Source of the DNA: Smithellaceae bacterium
Lineage (GTDB): Bacteria > Desulfobacterota > Syntrophia > Syntrophales > Smithellaceae
Assembly (NCBI GenBank): GCA_963667845.2
Contig: CAXXVL010000002.1
Location: forward strand, 1,504,001 to 1,568,000
Direction: 5' to 3'
DNA: 64,000 bases
The notes below the pieces were generated by a model. The model saw only the letters and a list, made by a program, of their open reading frames with translations, was not told the origin of the DNA and ran no database searches. Positions 49,680 to 59,831 of this stretch are shown piece after piece. Position 1 is the first letter of the stretch, and each line of letters starts with the position of its first letter. The translations under genes and the position numbers were made by a program.

Positions 49680-51428
49680 TTAATACAAGCCGGGGTCCCT
49701 GTATTCCCCGTAAACGTCGCGATAGACGTCGCAGATTTCCTGCAGGGTTGCCAGATTTTTAACCGCTACGATGCAGTAGGGCATCACATTCGTGCCGTTT
49801 TTGCAGGCGGCGCGGATGTCGCCTAGCGACTGTTTCACCGCACGGTTGTCACGTTTGCGACGGACGTCCCGAACCCTTTTGATCTGCTCTTCACCGATCT
49901 TTTCGTTAATTTCCATCAGCGGCACTGCATGTTGAACTTCGGTGACATACTTGTTGACGCCGACCATGATTTTTTCTTTGGCTTCAATCTGCTGCTGGAA
50001 TTTGTAGGCCGCATCGGCGATTTCCATCTGAGGAAAACCTTTTTCGATCGCCGCGATCATGCCGCCCATGGCGTCGATCTTTTCGATATACTCCCAGGTC
50101 TTTTCCTCGATTTCATTGGTGAGGGATTCAACAAAATAGGAGCCGGCCAGAGGATCGATGGTGTTCGCGATGCCGGTTTCTTCAGCCAGAATCTGCTGGG
50201 TCCGCAATGCCACTTCCACGGCGTGCTCGGACGGCAGACAGAACACTTCATCGAGCGAGTTGGTATGCAGCGATTGCGTTCCGCCCATAACGGCGGCGAG
50301 CGCTTCCACCGTGGTGCGGATAATGTTGTTGTAAGGCTGCTGAGCGGTGAGCGAGCAGCCGGCGGTTTGCGTATGGAAGCGCATCCACAACGAACGGGGA
50401 TTCTTTGCGCCGAAACGGTCGCGCATAATTTTAGCCCAGATGCGGCGCGCAGCGCGCAGTTTGCAGACTTCCTCAAAGAAATCGATGTGCGAATTAAAGA
50501 AGAATGACAGGCGTGGTGCGAAATCATCCACATTCATTTTTTTGCGGCGGATAACGTCTTCAACGTATTCGATGCCGTCCCGGAGTGTGAAGGCGAGTTC
50601 CTGAACTGCGGTGGCGCCGGCTTCGCGGATGTGATAGCCGCTCACGCTGATCGTATTCCAGCGGGGAACGTACTTGGCGCCGAACTCCACGGTGTCGCTG
50701 ATCAGTTTGATGGAGGGTTCCGGCGGGCACATAAACGTCTTCTGCGCAATAAACTCTTTGAGCATATCGTTTTGAATCGTGCCGCCGATTTTGGTAAGCG
50801 GTACGCCTTTGATCTCGGCCGCCGCACAGTACATGGCCCACAGGACGGTGGCCGGCGGGTTGATGGTCATGGATGTGGTGACCTGATCGAGCGGAATGCC
50901 GCAGATCAGAGCCAGAAAATCTTCGAGCGTGTCGATGGCAACGCCGCACTTGCCTACTTCTCCCAGGGAGCGGGGGGAGTCGCTGTCATAACCCATAAGG
51001 GTCGGAAAATCGAAAGCCGTACTCAAGCCTGTCTGCCCTTCGCGCAAAAGCATATGCCAGCGGGCGTTGGTGTCCTGAGCGCTTCCCATGCCGGAGAACA
51101 TGCGAAGTGTCCAGAGCCGTCCTCGGTAACCGGTGACCTGGTTGCCGCGCAGGTAGGGATATTCACCCGGAACGCCGATGTCCCGGGCAAAATTCATGTC
51201 CTTTAAATCTTCCGGTGTGTAGAGTCTTTTGATATCCAGATCGGAAACGGTGGAAAACCGGTCTTTCTGGTCGGGATTACTTTTCAATGCTTCTTGAACA
51301 TCATTTCCCCATTTTTCAGAAAGCTTTTGAGATGTCTTTTGTGTCTCGTCCGAAAAATACAATTTTACCCCCTGTTGATTCGAGTCGTCGACAGACAGTG
51401 ATCCTGAAGGGTCAGCAATAAGAAGCAT
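49680..51428 (-). CDS. Acyl-CoA mutase large subunit, isobutyryl-CoA-mutase type
   Basis: GLSTAFD, QNDMLKE, SGYHIREAG, TQSLHTN; specificity positions F (WTLRMFSG) and Q (EFIAQK); alternative TTG start at 51362. Confidence 0.88.
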   Translation of the reverse strand: MLLIADPSGSLSVDDSNQQGVKLYFSDETQKTSQKLSEKWGNDVQEALKSNPDQKDRFSTVSDLDIKRLYTPEDLKDMNFARDIGVPGEYPYLRGNQVTGYRGRLWTLRMFSGMGSAQDTNARWHMLLREGQTGLSTAFDFPTLMGYDSDSPRSLGEVGKCGVAIDTLEDFLALICGIPLDQVTTSMTINPPATVLWAMYCAAAEIKGVPLTKIGGTIQNDMLKEFIAQKTFMCPPEPSIKLISDTVEFGAKYVPRWNTISVSGYHIREAGATAVQELAFTLRDGIEYVEDVIRRKKMNVDDFAPRLSFFFNSHIDFFEEVCKLRAARRIWAKIMRDRFGAKNPRSLWMRFHTQTAGCSLTAQQPYNNIIRTTVEALAAVMGGTQSLHTNSLDEVFCLPSEHAVEVALRTQQILAEETGIANTIDPLAGSYFVESLTNEIEEKTWEYIEKIDAMGGMIAAIEKGFPQMEIADAAYKFQQQIEAKEKIMVGVNKYVTEVQHAVPLMEINEKIGEEQIKRVRDVRRKRDNRAVKQSLGDIRAACKNGTNVMPYCIVAVKNLATLQEICDVYRDVYGEYRDPGLY

Positions 51429-51676
51429 TCACGACCTCTCCTCGCTAATGATTAAAGGGTCGCAAGCGGGAAAACCTCAAGAGGATTGCCTGTCAAAAAA
51501 TTAGTCAGGGACTAACTCAAATGTTTTGTTTTTGTCAAGAGATATTAAGATTTCCATGTGCTTGCGGAAAGTCTTTGTCTCGATGTGGTAATACCGACTT
51601 TGGGGAAAAACGGGGCAAATGGTGAGGATTGATTTTGGAGTCACCCCAGTGCGCTCCAGGTGAAAGGAACACAAAT

Positions 51677-51710
51677 AAAAAACGCTCCGGCCTGTTAAGG
51701 TCCGGAGCGT
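51677..51710 (-). terminator. Terminator of csp
   Basis: ACGCTCCGG...CCGGAGCGT stem followed by a T-tract on the minus strand. Confidence 0.75.
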
Positions 51711-51734
51711 CGCTTTTTCGTTTCAAATGAACGA

Positions 51735-51935
51735 CTAGATGGCTCTGACGTTTTCCGCTTCCAGGCCTTTTTTGCCCTGAACGACGTCGAAAGAGACCTG
51801 TTGGCCCTCATTCAGTGTCTTGAAGCCGCTGGACTGAATCGCGCTGAAGTGCACGAAAATGTCCGTACCGCCCTCTTGCTCGATGAAGCCGAAGCCTTTG
51901 CGTTCGTTGAACCACTTTACTTTACCTTCTGACAT
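51735..51935 (-). CDS. Cold-shock protein
   Basis: GKVKWFN, KGFGFI (RNP1), DIFVHFS (RNP2). Confidence 0.97.
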   Translation of the reverse strand: MSEGKVKWFNERKGFGFIEQEGGTDIFVHFSAIQSSGFKTLNEGQQVSFDVVQGKKGLEAENVRAI

Positions 51936-52102
51936 AGTACTAATCCTCCTTTCTCAAAATTTCCTAAGTCGAATTATCACTATGGCAGAAACAAAAAGGC
52001 CGCCAAATTCAAAGTACCAGGGCGGCCAACCTTGCGCTTTATCATGACACCATTCAACTTATTCCTTCGCTTTTTTCAATTATGACCCGCGAAGTTACGT
52101 GC

Positions 52103-52131
52103 ACCTTAAAGTAATTGTGCATAATAGTCAA
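52103..52131 (-). promoter_or_regulatory. Candidate sigma70 promoter for csp
   Basis: TTGACT-N17-TAAGGT, about 170 nt upstream of the ATG. Confidence 0.5.
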
Positions 52132-52283
52132 GGGTTATTTTTTAATACTTTCTTTTTGCTTATTTTTTAGCCGGAAGTCCCGACCCTGTTACCCACCTTC
52201 GGCTGCAGCCTTAAGTGTGCCGGAAGGACATGATACAGCCGGCAGAGGGCGTCTCCCTTTCGATTTCCTGTTTTTTTCTTTTC

Positions 52284-53765
52284 TTATGCGGCTGCTTCGG
52301 TTTTGAACATGGACATAACCTCAGCGAGCTCCTGGGCGCCCGCGGCATTCTCCTGTGTGACCTGATTCATCTCGAGGACCGCACGGTTCACTTGGCCAAT
52401 ACCTTGGGATTGTTCCTCCGTGGCTTTGGCGATCTCACCCATCAAGCCAACGACCCGTTCAGAGCTTTCGGTGACCTGTCTGAAGGCATTGTAGGTAATG
52501 GTCACAAGCTTTTCGCCGTTTTTGACCTTGGCAACAATGTCCTCCATCATGGCGGAGGAGTTTCTGGCGGCCTCGGCCGCCCGCAGGGCGAGGTTGCGAA
52601 CCTCGTCGGCGACGACAGCGAAACCGGCGCCGGCTTCCCCGGCCCGAGCAGCCTCGACGGCGGCATTGAGTGCCAGGAGATTCGTCTGGAAGGAGATCTC
52701 GTCGATGGTCTTGACGATCTTCTGGGTCTGTTCGCTGGCGGTGGTGATCTCTTTCATGGAGCCGTTAAGCTCGGTGACGGAGGAATCGGCCTTCTTTATA
52801 ACATCCTGGGAGGTAGACATGAGCTGGTTGGTCTGGGCGGCATTGCCGGCGCTCTGCTTGATCATGGAGGCCATTTCTTCGAGCGAAGATGATGTCTCTT
52901 CGAGCGCGGAAGCCTGCTTGGAGGCGGCATCGGAGAGTTTCCGGGCTGTGTAGGCGGATTGCCCGACGGCTTCGCCCATCTTCAGGCGCATCGCGTTTAC
53001 GGCCTGGGCAAGTTCCCCGATCTCATCCCTGGTTTCCAGTCGGATCTCCTTGGTCAGGTCTCCTTCGGCTATCTCCCGAATGACGCCCACCGTCTGCCGG
53101 AGGGGACGGATGATCAATCTGCCCATGAAGAGGCTCACAAGGATAGAAAGTGCGATAGCCACAGCCAGGGCGATCAAAAAGGCTGTGGTGACAAGTTTGA
53201 ACGTGGTATCGGCGGATCCGTATTGCTGCCGGCTCAGTTGCTGTTCATAGGTCAACAGTTCTCCGAGTTTGCCGTTCAGCGCCTGGAAAGCGTTCTCGAT
53301 GGGGGTCATCATGGTGAGCGCCACGGCGGCGTCCGCCGTGGACATCCGGGTGACCTGGATGAGCATCGCCTCATAGGCGTCAAGCTCTTTCAGGACGCCT
53401 TCAAAGAGGGCCTTCTCTTTTGTGTCAAGTGGTTTGGCGATAGTGTTTTTGACCAGCGTTTTAGTATCGCCCATTGCCTTGAATATCTCTTTGCCGAGGG
53501 CCTCGATCTTGTTGGCATCCGCCCCCATGTTTGCGAAACCCAATAAGCGGTAAATGTCTTTATTTACCGATGTAATCTGAGTGATCAGTTGAGAGGCCTC
53601 CAGAGAAGTTTGAAAACGGGTGTTGACAATATCGTCCAAGGCCCCTTTCTGATTGGACATTCCCCAGTAGGACATGCCTGCGATTGTGATCATGAAGACC
53701 ATCACAATAACAGGTGAGATCATGATCTTAAGGTTCATCTTGAGGTTTTTGAGCGTGGATTGCAT
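52284..53765 (-). CDS. Methyl-accepting chemotaxis protein (helical periplasmic domain, HAMP)
   Basis: Two TMs, HAMP (GDLT..DEIGEL), [31 protein letters not shown]. Confidence 0.95.
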   Translation of the reverse strand: MQSTLKNLKMNLKIMISPVIVMVFMITIAGMSYWGMSNQKGALDDIVNTRFQTSLEASQLITQITSVNKDIYRLLGFANMGADANKIEALGKEIFKAMGDTKTLVKNTIAKPLDTKEKALFEGVLKELDAYEAMLIQVTRMSTADAAVALTMMTPIENAFQALNGKLGELLTYEQQLSRQQYGSADTTFKLVTTAFLIALAVAIALSILVSLFMGRLIIRPLRQTVGVIREIAEGDLTKEIRLETRDEIGELAQAVNAMRLKMGEAVGQSAYTARKLSDAASKQASALEETSSSLEEMASMIKQSAGNAAQTNQLMSTSQDVIKKADSSVTELNGSMKEITTASEQTQKIVKTIDEISFQTNLLALNAAVEAARAGEAGAGFAVVADEVRNLALRAAEAARNSSAMMEDIVAKVKNGEKLVTITYNAFRQVTESSERVVGLMGEIAKATEEQSQGIGQVNRAVLEMNQVTQENAAGAQELAEVMSMFKTEAAA

Positions 53766-53849
53766 GGGATCTCCTTTCCCTTTAAGCAGGACACTTCAAG
53801 TGATGCGGCCGGTCCATGCATTTTACACGGGCCGGCCGCCGGCCTCTTA

Positions 53850-54302
53850 TTACTTGTAGGCACCACAGCAGATGACAATGTCTCCTGCCTTCTTCAAGTA
53901 GGTGATCTTGTGCTCTATCTTACCGCTTGCAGGGTTTTTGTATTTATAGTCGACTGTGCCGCCACCGCTCTTCTTTGCCATCTCGAGAATCTCTTTCCGG
54001 TAGAACTTGCCGTCCACATCAGGGGCGTTTAGGAGATTCATCCCCACGAGTTTTGCGTTGATGGGATGGGCGACCAGGGTCCCATTCATGTCGTAGGCAA
54101 AGATGTAAAGATCTCCCTTGACGAATTTACCCTTCGGGTTGTTGAATTCCTTCAGCGCCGTATCCTTGCCGTCGGCCTGTACATAGGCCGCCGCCTTATC
54201 TACCATCGCCCTGGCATCATCGCTACTCGATCCTGCAATGGCAAAGCCGGAAAAACACACCATAATCGCAACGACCATCATCAGTACAACAAATTTTTTC
54301 AT
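53850..54302 (-). CDS. Stand-alone secreted single Cache (sCache_2-like) protein
   Basis: Signal peptide, GDLYIFAYD, AHP, DVDGK, VDYKY-NP; AAGGAGG RBS before ATG 54302. Confidence 0.85.
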   Translation of the reverse strand: MKKFVVLMMVVAIMVCFSGFAIAGSSSDDARAMVDKAAAYVQADGKDTALKEFNNPKGKFVKGDLYIFAYDMNGTLVAHPINAKLVGMNLLNAPDVDGKFYRKEILEMAKKSGGGTVDYKYKNPASGKIEHKITYLKKAGDIVICCGAYK

Positions 54303-54454
54303 AATTTGCCTCCTTGAAAGTGAATTCACTAAACAAAATTGATGATTATTCTCTGTTTATTTAATGAGTTACAGAGAACTCGACCCTGTGCGTATATGAA
54401 ATTCTGGCTAAAAATGTGGATTGTGGCACCAACTTTAAACGATTAGATTCACAA

Positions 54455-54469
54455 TCAATAAATGTGCCA
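54455..54469 (-). promoter_or_regulatory. Candidate sigma54 promoter for the Cache-MCP operon
   Basis: Minus strand TGGCACATTTATTGA (-12 element is TTGA rather than TTGC). Confidence 0.5.
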
Positions 54470-55282
54470 AAAAATGGATCTATCTTTATCTAATGATTAC
54501 GGATATATAAATTAATCGTCGTCAATAATGATGGAATTTCCGAACGGAAAAGAAGGATTTTTACGGAAAGATCGCACGAACTGCGGGTATTCAGAACAGG
54601 CTGCTATTAAATAAATGGATTCAATTATCGAACGAGTGATTTTAAGACAGTGCGACCTAAAAATGTTGTATGAGGGATCATCGTCCTGTTTGTGAGAACG
54701 CACCGAAAGCGCCCGAATGCCGTAAGTATGAGACTCGAGATATCGGAACTCTTTACCATAAACGAAATTGAATTGTTCAGCATCGGAACCGAGCGTCTCG
54801 GCTGAGAGCTTTGCGAAACAGGTCGTTCTTATCAAATCCGTTGTCGTATGAATGTTGAAATTTCCTGCTCAGGGTGCAGGGTGCCGGATGGGTTCTTCTT
54901 GCATCATACAAACTGGCCGGCTCATCCCTTGTCGGCATACGCCAGTCAGGAATTGCAGGGGGCACATGTTGCTATTTTAAAAGGTCATGACAACATCCGT
55001 TTTGGAAAAGGCTTCATTTATTGGCCCGACCATCAGCAAAAGGGCAGGCTAATTAAGAATTACGGCAGCCGTTCACGCATACAAGGTTGCATGATGGTCG
55101 GGCTTTCAATGACAAGGAAATGATTTGGGAACATAAAAGAATATTCCGCGTTAAGTTTTGCTTCAAAACGTGTTATGAACCGGTATATGAAAGTCGTGGC
55201 CGCCCTGCCTTGACGATGCCCTTCAGGGTATTATCTTGAAAGGGAATGTTGCCCGCGTATAAAATATTGAAGGAGTTAATGA

Positions 55283-56119
55283 ATGATGATGTCTGAAAAC
55301 CGCCCTGCTAAATTCAGCGGGGCAGCGCGTTACGTTCTGGATGAAGAGCTGGCCAAGATTGTGAATATTTCGATGGCGCTGGAAATGCCGCTCCTGCTCA
55401 AAGGCGAGCCGGGAACCGGAAAGACCATGCTGGCACACGCGATTGCCGAGAGTCTGCGCATGCCGCTGATTGTTTTGAATGTCAAATCCAGCATGAAGTT
55501 GATCGATGCCCTGTACCAGTACGACACGCTCACGCGTCTCAACGACAGCCGTTTTGCGGATTCCGGACGCGATGTGAGCAACATCGAAGATTATATCAAG
55601 ATGGGTAAAATCGGTCAGGCGTTCGCAGCCGATAAGAAGGTCGTGCTGCTGATTGATGAAATCGACAAGGCCGATACGGATTTTCAGGATGACATGCTCG
55701 ACATCCTCGATCAGATGCAGTTTGATATCATGGAAATCGACCGGACCGTGAAAGCCAAGAACCGGCCCGTCATCATTATCACGTCCAACGCAAAGAAAGA
55801 TCTTTCCGATCCTTTCCTGGGACGCTGCAATTTCCATCACATCGCTTTCCCCGATCACGATATGATGCGCAAGATCATCAGCGTGCATTTCCCGGATCTG
55901 AACAAGGATTTGACAACCGCCTGTATGGATACGTTTTACCGCCTGCGCGAAGTGCGCGGCGTGGAAAAAAAGCCGGCCACCCGGGAATTGATTAACTGGA
56001 TGCGCGCTCTGCAGGCTGATCCCGATTTCAATGTCAAAAGTCTGAAGTCAAGTAATGTGCCGTTTTTAGGCGTGCTGTTTAAAAAGAGCACTGACCTTTA
56101 CCTGGCAGCACACCAATAA
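55283..56119 (+). CDS. MoxR-family AAA+ ATPase
   Basis: GEPGTGKT, LLIDEIDK, ITSN, KKPATRELINW. Confidence 0.92.
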   Translation: MMMSENRPAKFSGAARYVLDEELAKIVNISMALEMPLLLKGEPGTGKTMLAHAIAESLRMPLIVLNVKSSMKLIDALYQYDTLTRLNDSRFADSGRDVSNIEDYIKMGKIGQAFAADKKVVLLIDEIDKADTDFQDDMLDILDQMQFDIMEIDRTVKAKNRPVIIITSNAKKDLSDPFLGRCNFHHIAFPDHDMMRKIISVHFPDLNKDLTTACMDTFYRLREVRGVEKKPATRELINWMRALQADPDFNVKSLKSSNVPFLGVLFKKSTDLYLAAHQ

Positions 56120-56129
56120 GTGAAGAAAA

Positions 56130-57323
56130 ATGTTTGTTAATTTTTTCTATACACTGCGCGATAAGGGCATCCCCGTGACGCCCACGTCATTTCTGCGCCT
56201 GCAAAAAGCGCTGGGCATGGGCTTGATTACATCACTTGAGGATTTTTACAGCGTGACACGCAGCTTGCTCGTGAAAAGCGAACGCTATTTTGACACTTAC
56301 GACCAGGTATTTGCCGTGGCGTTTCGCGGCATGACCAGTGTCGAGCCGACGGACGAAGAACTGTCGGATCTCGTAAAGGCGATGCTTTCCGACTGGCTCC
56401 AGGACCCCGGCGGTATGGCCGAGGCGCTGGGGCTGTCCGAAGACGAGATCAAGCAGATGACGCCGGATGAACTCGTTGCCCACTTCTTAAAGCGCCTCAA
56501 AGAGCAGACGGAAGAGCATCACGGTGGAAATCATTGGATCGGCACGCACGGGACATCCCCCACGGGACATTCCGGCGTCCATCCCGGCGGCATGCGGGTG
56601 GGCGGTGAGTCACGCAACAAATCCGCTATCAAGGTCGCGATGGAGCGACGGTATCGTGATTACTCTCAGTCCGGACCGATCACCGCCTCGCAAATGGGCG
56701 AAGCGCTCAAGAGGCTTAAACACCTTCAGCCTGCAGGGCCGAAAGATATCGTGAATATCGATAAAACGATCTACCAAACTATGCGTAATGCCGGTGAAAT
56801 AGAAATCGTCTTTGACAGGCGACTGGCTGACCGCCTGAAAGTCAAGCTGCTCATTGATAACGGTGGCTGGTCGATGGATCCCTATGTCGATATCGTCCAG
56901 GCGCTCTTTCACTATGCACAGTTTCAGTTCAAAGAACTGGAGATTTATTATTTCCACAATACGATTTACTCGAAGGTTTGGCTTGATCCGAACCGATTCA
57001 AAAAGCCCGTACCGGTTGACGACCTGCTCCGGTCGGATCCGGAAACGCGGCTGATTCTCGTTGGCGATGCGTCTATGGCGCCCTACGAACTGGCCGATTC
57101 GCGCGGAGCGATTTATGTCGGCCAAAACGAGTCCCGGCCATCGGTGGATTATCTGTCATTCTTATCCAAAACGTTCCGGCATACTGTCTGGCTCAATCCG
57201 CAACCGCAGGATCACTGGTTTTATACTTGGACGGTGAAAACCATTGCTGGTATTTTTCCGATGTTTGAATTGTCGCTCGACGGGTTGGAAAAAGCGGTGC
57301 ATCATTTGATATCCCGAAATTGA
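56130..57323 (+). CDS. VWA-domain partner protein (CoxE-like)
   Basis: HHGGNHWIGT, LLIDNGGWSMDPY, YYFHN, VGDASMAPYE, WLNP. Confidence 0.85.
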   Translation: MFVNFFYTLRDKGIPVTPTSFLRLQKALGMGLITSLEDFYSVTRSLLVKSERYFDTYDQVFAVAFRGMTSVEPTDEELSDLVKAMLSDWLQDPGGMAEALGLSEDEIKQMTPDELVAHFLKRLKEQTEEHHGGNHWIGTHGTSPTGHSGVHPGGMRVGGESRNKSAIKVAMERRYRDYSQSGPITASQMGEALKRLKHLQPAGPKDIVNIDKTIYQTMRNAGEIEIVFDRRLADRLKVKLLIDNGGWSMDPYVDIVQALFHYAQFQFKELEIYYFHNTIYSKVWLDPNRFKKPVPVDDLLRSDPETRLILVGDASMAPYELADSRGAIYVGQNESRPSVDYLSFLSKTFRHTVWLNPQPQDHWFYTWTVKTIAGIFPMFELSLDGLEKAVHHLISRN

Positions 57324-57339
57324 TGAGGAGGATAAAATC

Positions 57340-57912
57340 ATGAAAAAGAGCTTAGCTTCTATCATTATCGCGGCGCTTGTTTTGGCATCAACGGCTTCCA
57401 TAGCCGCATTCAAGGAACCGCCGCCGGCGGGGGGGACTCTGCCCGCGGTGCAGTTACCTAAACCGGCTGATTCCGGAGAACTCAAATACCTGGGACTCAC
57501 CGGGTCCGGCACTTTTTCGGCGGACCAGGTCAAAGCGCAAGCGTTGATCATTCAGATTTTCAGCATGTATTGTCCTTATTGTCAAAAAGACGCGCCCAAT
57601 GTCAACCGGCTCTATGGGATTATGGAGGCGAACCCGGCGCTGAAAGGCAAAATAAAGATTATTGGCATTGGCGCGGGGAATACGTCCTTTGAAGTTGCAA
57701 CCTTCAAGAAAAAATACAAGGTGGAATTTCCGCTGATCCCCGACGGGGATTTTAAGATTTATAAGGTAATCGGTGAGGTCCGCACGCCGTATTTCATCGT
57801 GGTGAAGTTAAACGGTCCCAGACCGCTGGAAGTTGTTTATTCCAGACTGGGCGGGCATGAAGATGTCGATGCGTTCCTGGCCGAGATCGTTAAAGTGGCC
57901 GATATTAAATAG
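57340..57912 (+). CDS. Exported TlpA-like thioredoxin-fold protein
   Basis: Signal peptide, MYCPYC (CxxC), RTP cis-Pro loop. Confidence 0.85.
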   Translation: MKKSLASIIIAALVLASTASIAAFKEPPPAGGTLPAVQLPKPADSGELKYLGLTGSGTFSADQVKAQALIIQIFSMYCPYCQKDAPNVNRLYGIMEANPALKGKIKIIGIGAGNTSFEVATFKKKYKVEFPLIPDGDFKIYKVIGEVRTPYFIVVKLNGPRPLEVVYSRLGGHEDVDAFLAEIVKVADIK

Positions 57913-57921
57913 GGGGCGGTT

Positions 57922-58509
57922 ATGAGAAAAAAAATCTTTATCGTCTTATGTGTCATCAGCTTCTTTGCATCAAATGCTTTTGCCCTGTCCGAGGCGTATA
58001 AGGAAAATATCTATCCGGTGGGCAAACTTAAATCTGTGGATAGTGTTCTAAAGGTCAAAGTCGGCCAAAAGGCGCCTGATTTTTCTCTGAAAGCCGTGAG
58101 CGGCAAGAGGGTTTCCCTGAAAGATTACATCGGCAAAAAGAATATTGTGCTTTCTTTTGTCCCTGCCGCCTGGACGCCGGTTTGCTCCGATCAGTGGCCG
58201 GGTTATAATATTGTTCAGGACCTGTTCGAAGAGAATAACGCCGTATTGTTGGGAATTTCCGTCGATAATATTCCCACACTGTATTCCTGGACCAAACAAA
58301 TGGGGCATCTCTGGTTCGAAGTTCTTTCCGATTTCTGGCCGCATGGAGCAGTTGCATCCCGATATGGCATTTTGCGATCCGATGGCACGGCGGAGCGCGC
58401 CATTATCATTATTGATAAAAAAGGGATTATTCGCTACATCGATGTACATGATATCAATGAAAGGCCGCCTTTGGAAAGTATCATCAGCCAGATTGTAAAG
58501 ATAAGATAA
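57922..58509 (+). CDS. Exported peroxiredoxin (AhpE/Prx-like)
   Basis: Signal peptide (NAFA), APDF, PAAWTPVC (PxxxTxxC), SDFWPHG, AERA. Confidence 0.85.
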   Translation: MRKKIFIVLCVISFFASNAFALSEAYKENIYPVGKLKSVDSVLKVKVGQKAPDFSLKAVSGKRVSLKDYIGKKNIVLSFVPAAWTPVCSDQWPGYNIVQDLFEENNAVLLGISVDNIPTLYSWTKQMGHLWFEVLSDFWPHGAVASRYGILRSDGTAERAIIIIDKKGIIRYIDVHDINERPPLESIISQIVKIR

Positions 58510-58664
58510 TCAATATCAGGAAAGCGGCCTGATCATACATTATGAGCCCCCGAAATTGATTTTTTTTAAGTCTATTTTCAAGGGTTATTCCTACTTGGCC
58601 GGTGTTTGAAGAAATTTTGGCTGTAATTTTCCTTGACAGCAGAAATCAATTGCGATACGCACTC

Positions 58665-58679
58665 ATGACCGTAAGTCAT
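58665..58679. promoter_or_regulatory. Palindromic operator upstream of tetR
   Basis: ATGACCGTAAGTCAT downstream of TTGACA (58633). Confidence 0.6.
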
Positions 58680-58772
58680 AAGCTAGCGCTGGCGATTGTT
58701 TTCCTGTATTTACCTTAATTTGCCAAAGCCAGCCTGAATGCGTCTTCATCTTATTTGAGAGGAGTATCGGTC

Positions 58773-59411
58773 TTGAGCTCGGAAGAAAGAAGAAAAAAGG
58801 AAAAGGAAAATCGCAAAAATGCGATTCTGAGAGCGGCGCGCAAGCTTTTCTTTGAGCGCGGTTTTAAATCCGTTACTGTTGATTTGATCGCCGCCAAGGC
58901 GGAGGTCAGCAAGGGGTCAATCTATCTCTATTTCGACAGCAAAGAAGAAATCTATACTCAGATTTTGATTTCGGCAAGTATAGAGCGGCGCAAGGAAATT
59001 GAAAATTTTCTCAAGAAGGAAGGAACTGCTTCCGAACTCCTTGTGATGTTTGCCAATGACTATGTCGATTTCTTTCTGGATAATAATGAGTTATTCAGAA
59101 TTCTCATGACCTTCATGCTGCATTCGGAAAATATGAATTTGACTGAAGATCAAAATACGCAGTTGATTCATACAACGAATGAAAATATCCGCACGATTTC
59201 TGAAATCCTCCGCAAGGGCGTGGAGTCGGGCGAATTTGTTCCGGACATTGATATCCGCCAGATCCAAAATGCACTCTGGGGATTATTCAATGGAATCATT
59301 TCTCTCTACATCTATACAGGTGCACCGGAAAAGCGTACGGAGAGGATCCATACGACCGTCAAAGAGAGTCTCAAAGTTTTTATTAAAGGGATTAAAGCGC
59401 AAGCATTTTAG
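58773..59411 (+). CDS. TetR/AcrR-family regulator
   Basis: ILRAARKLFFERGF...IAAKAEVSKGSIYLYFDSKEEI; probable TTG start after AGGAG. Confidence 0.93.
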   Translation: MSSEERRKKEKENRKNAILRAARKLFFERGFKSVTVDLIAAKAEVSKGSIYLYFDSKEEIYTQILISASIERRKEIENFLKKEGTASELLVMFANDYVDFFLDNNELFRILMTFMLHSENMNLTEDQNTQLIHTTNENIRTISEILRKGVESGEFVPDIDIRQIQNALWGLFNGIISLYIYTGAPEKRTERIHTTVKESLKVFIKGIKAQAF

Positions 59412-59486
59412 ACAATAAAATCGAATTTATTACAATATTTATCAGAACCATAAATTTATGGAGATCTGCCGATTAAGTATCGCCGA

Positions 59487-59831
59487 TCAGTCTTTACCGT
59501 CGGGGCCGATTAATTTCTGAAAGTCCCGATCCGCCTCATGCAGCAGTTTTTCCACATCTCTTTCCAGTTGTTCAAACCGGTCAATAATGGAGCGGGCCTG
59601 AAACGTCAGCTGCATGGATTTATCATGCGTGCCAATTTCCACCAGCTTCATTCCCATCCGTTCTTCAGAAGCTTTCAATCTTCCCCACGCCGCGCGGTAG
59701 GACATTTCCAGCTTTTTGGCTGCGGCATTTAAACTGCGCTGTTCATCGATGGCCTTCAGAATGTTGTCACGTCCTTTGCCGAAAACCACTTTACCGTTTT
59801 TCTCGATCCAAATTTTATATTTGATTTCCAT
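59487..59831 (-). CDS. ModE-like winged-helix regulator without Mop domains
   Basis: KIWIE..VFGKGR..ILKAID..SLNAAAKKLEMSYRAAWGRL. Confidence 0.88.
   Translation of the reverse strand: MEIKYKIWIEKNGKVVFGKGRDNILKAIDEQRSLNAAAKKLEMSYRAAWGRLKASEERMGMKLVEIGTHDKSMQLTFQARSIIDRFEQLERDVEKLLHEADRDFQKLIGPDGKD

Noticed and set aside
51429..51676. Cobalamin riboswitch upstream of the mutase operon
   Set aside because: No recognisable B12-box or GCCACTG motif seen.
54512..55123. Short ORFs in the long intergenic region
   Set aside because: No clear RBS or family motif; cannot be supported without homology search.
57340..58509. Selenocysteine in the TlpA or peroxiredoxin
   Set aside because: Active-site codons are TGT/TGC and there is no in-frame TGA.
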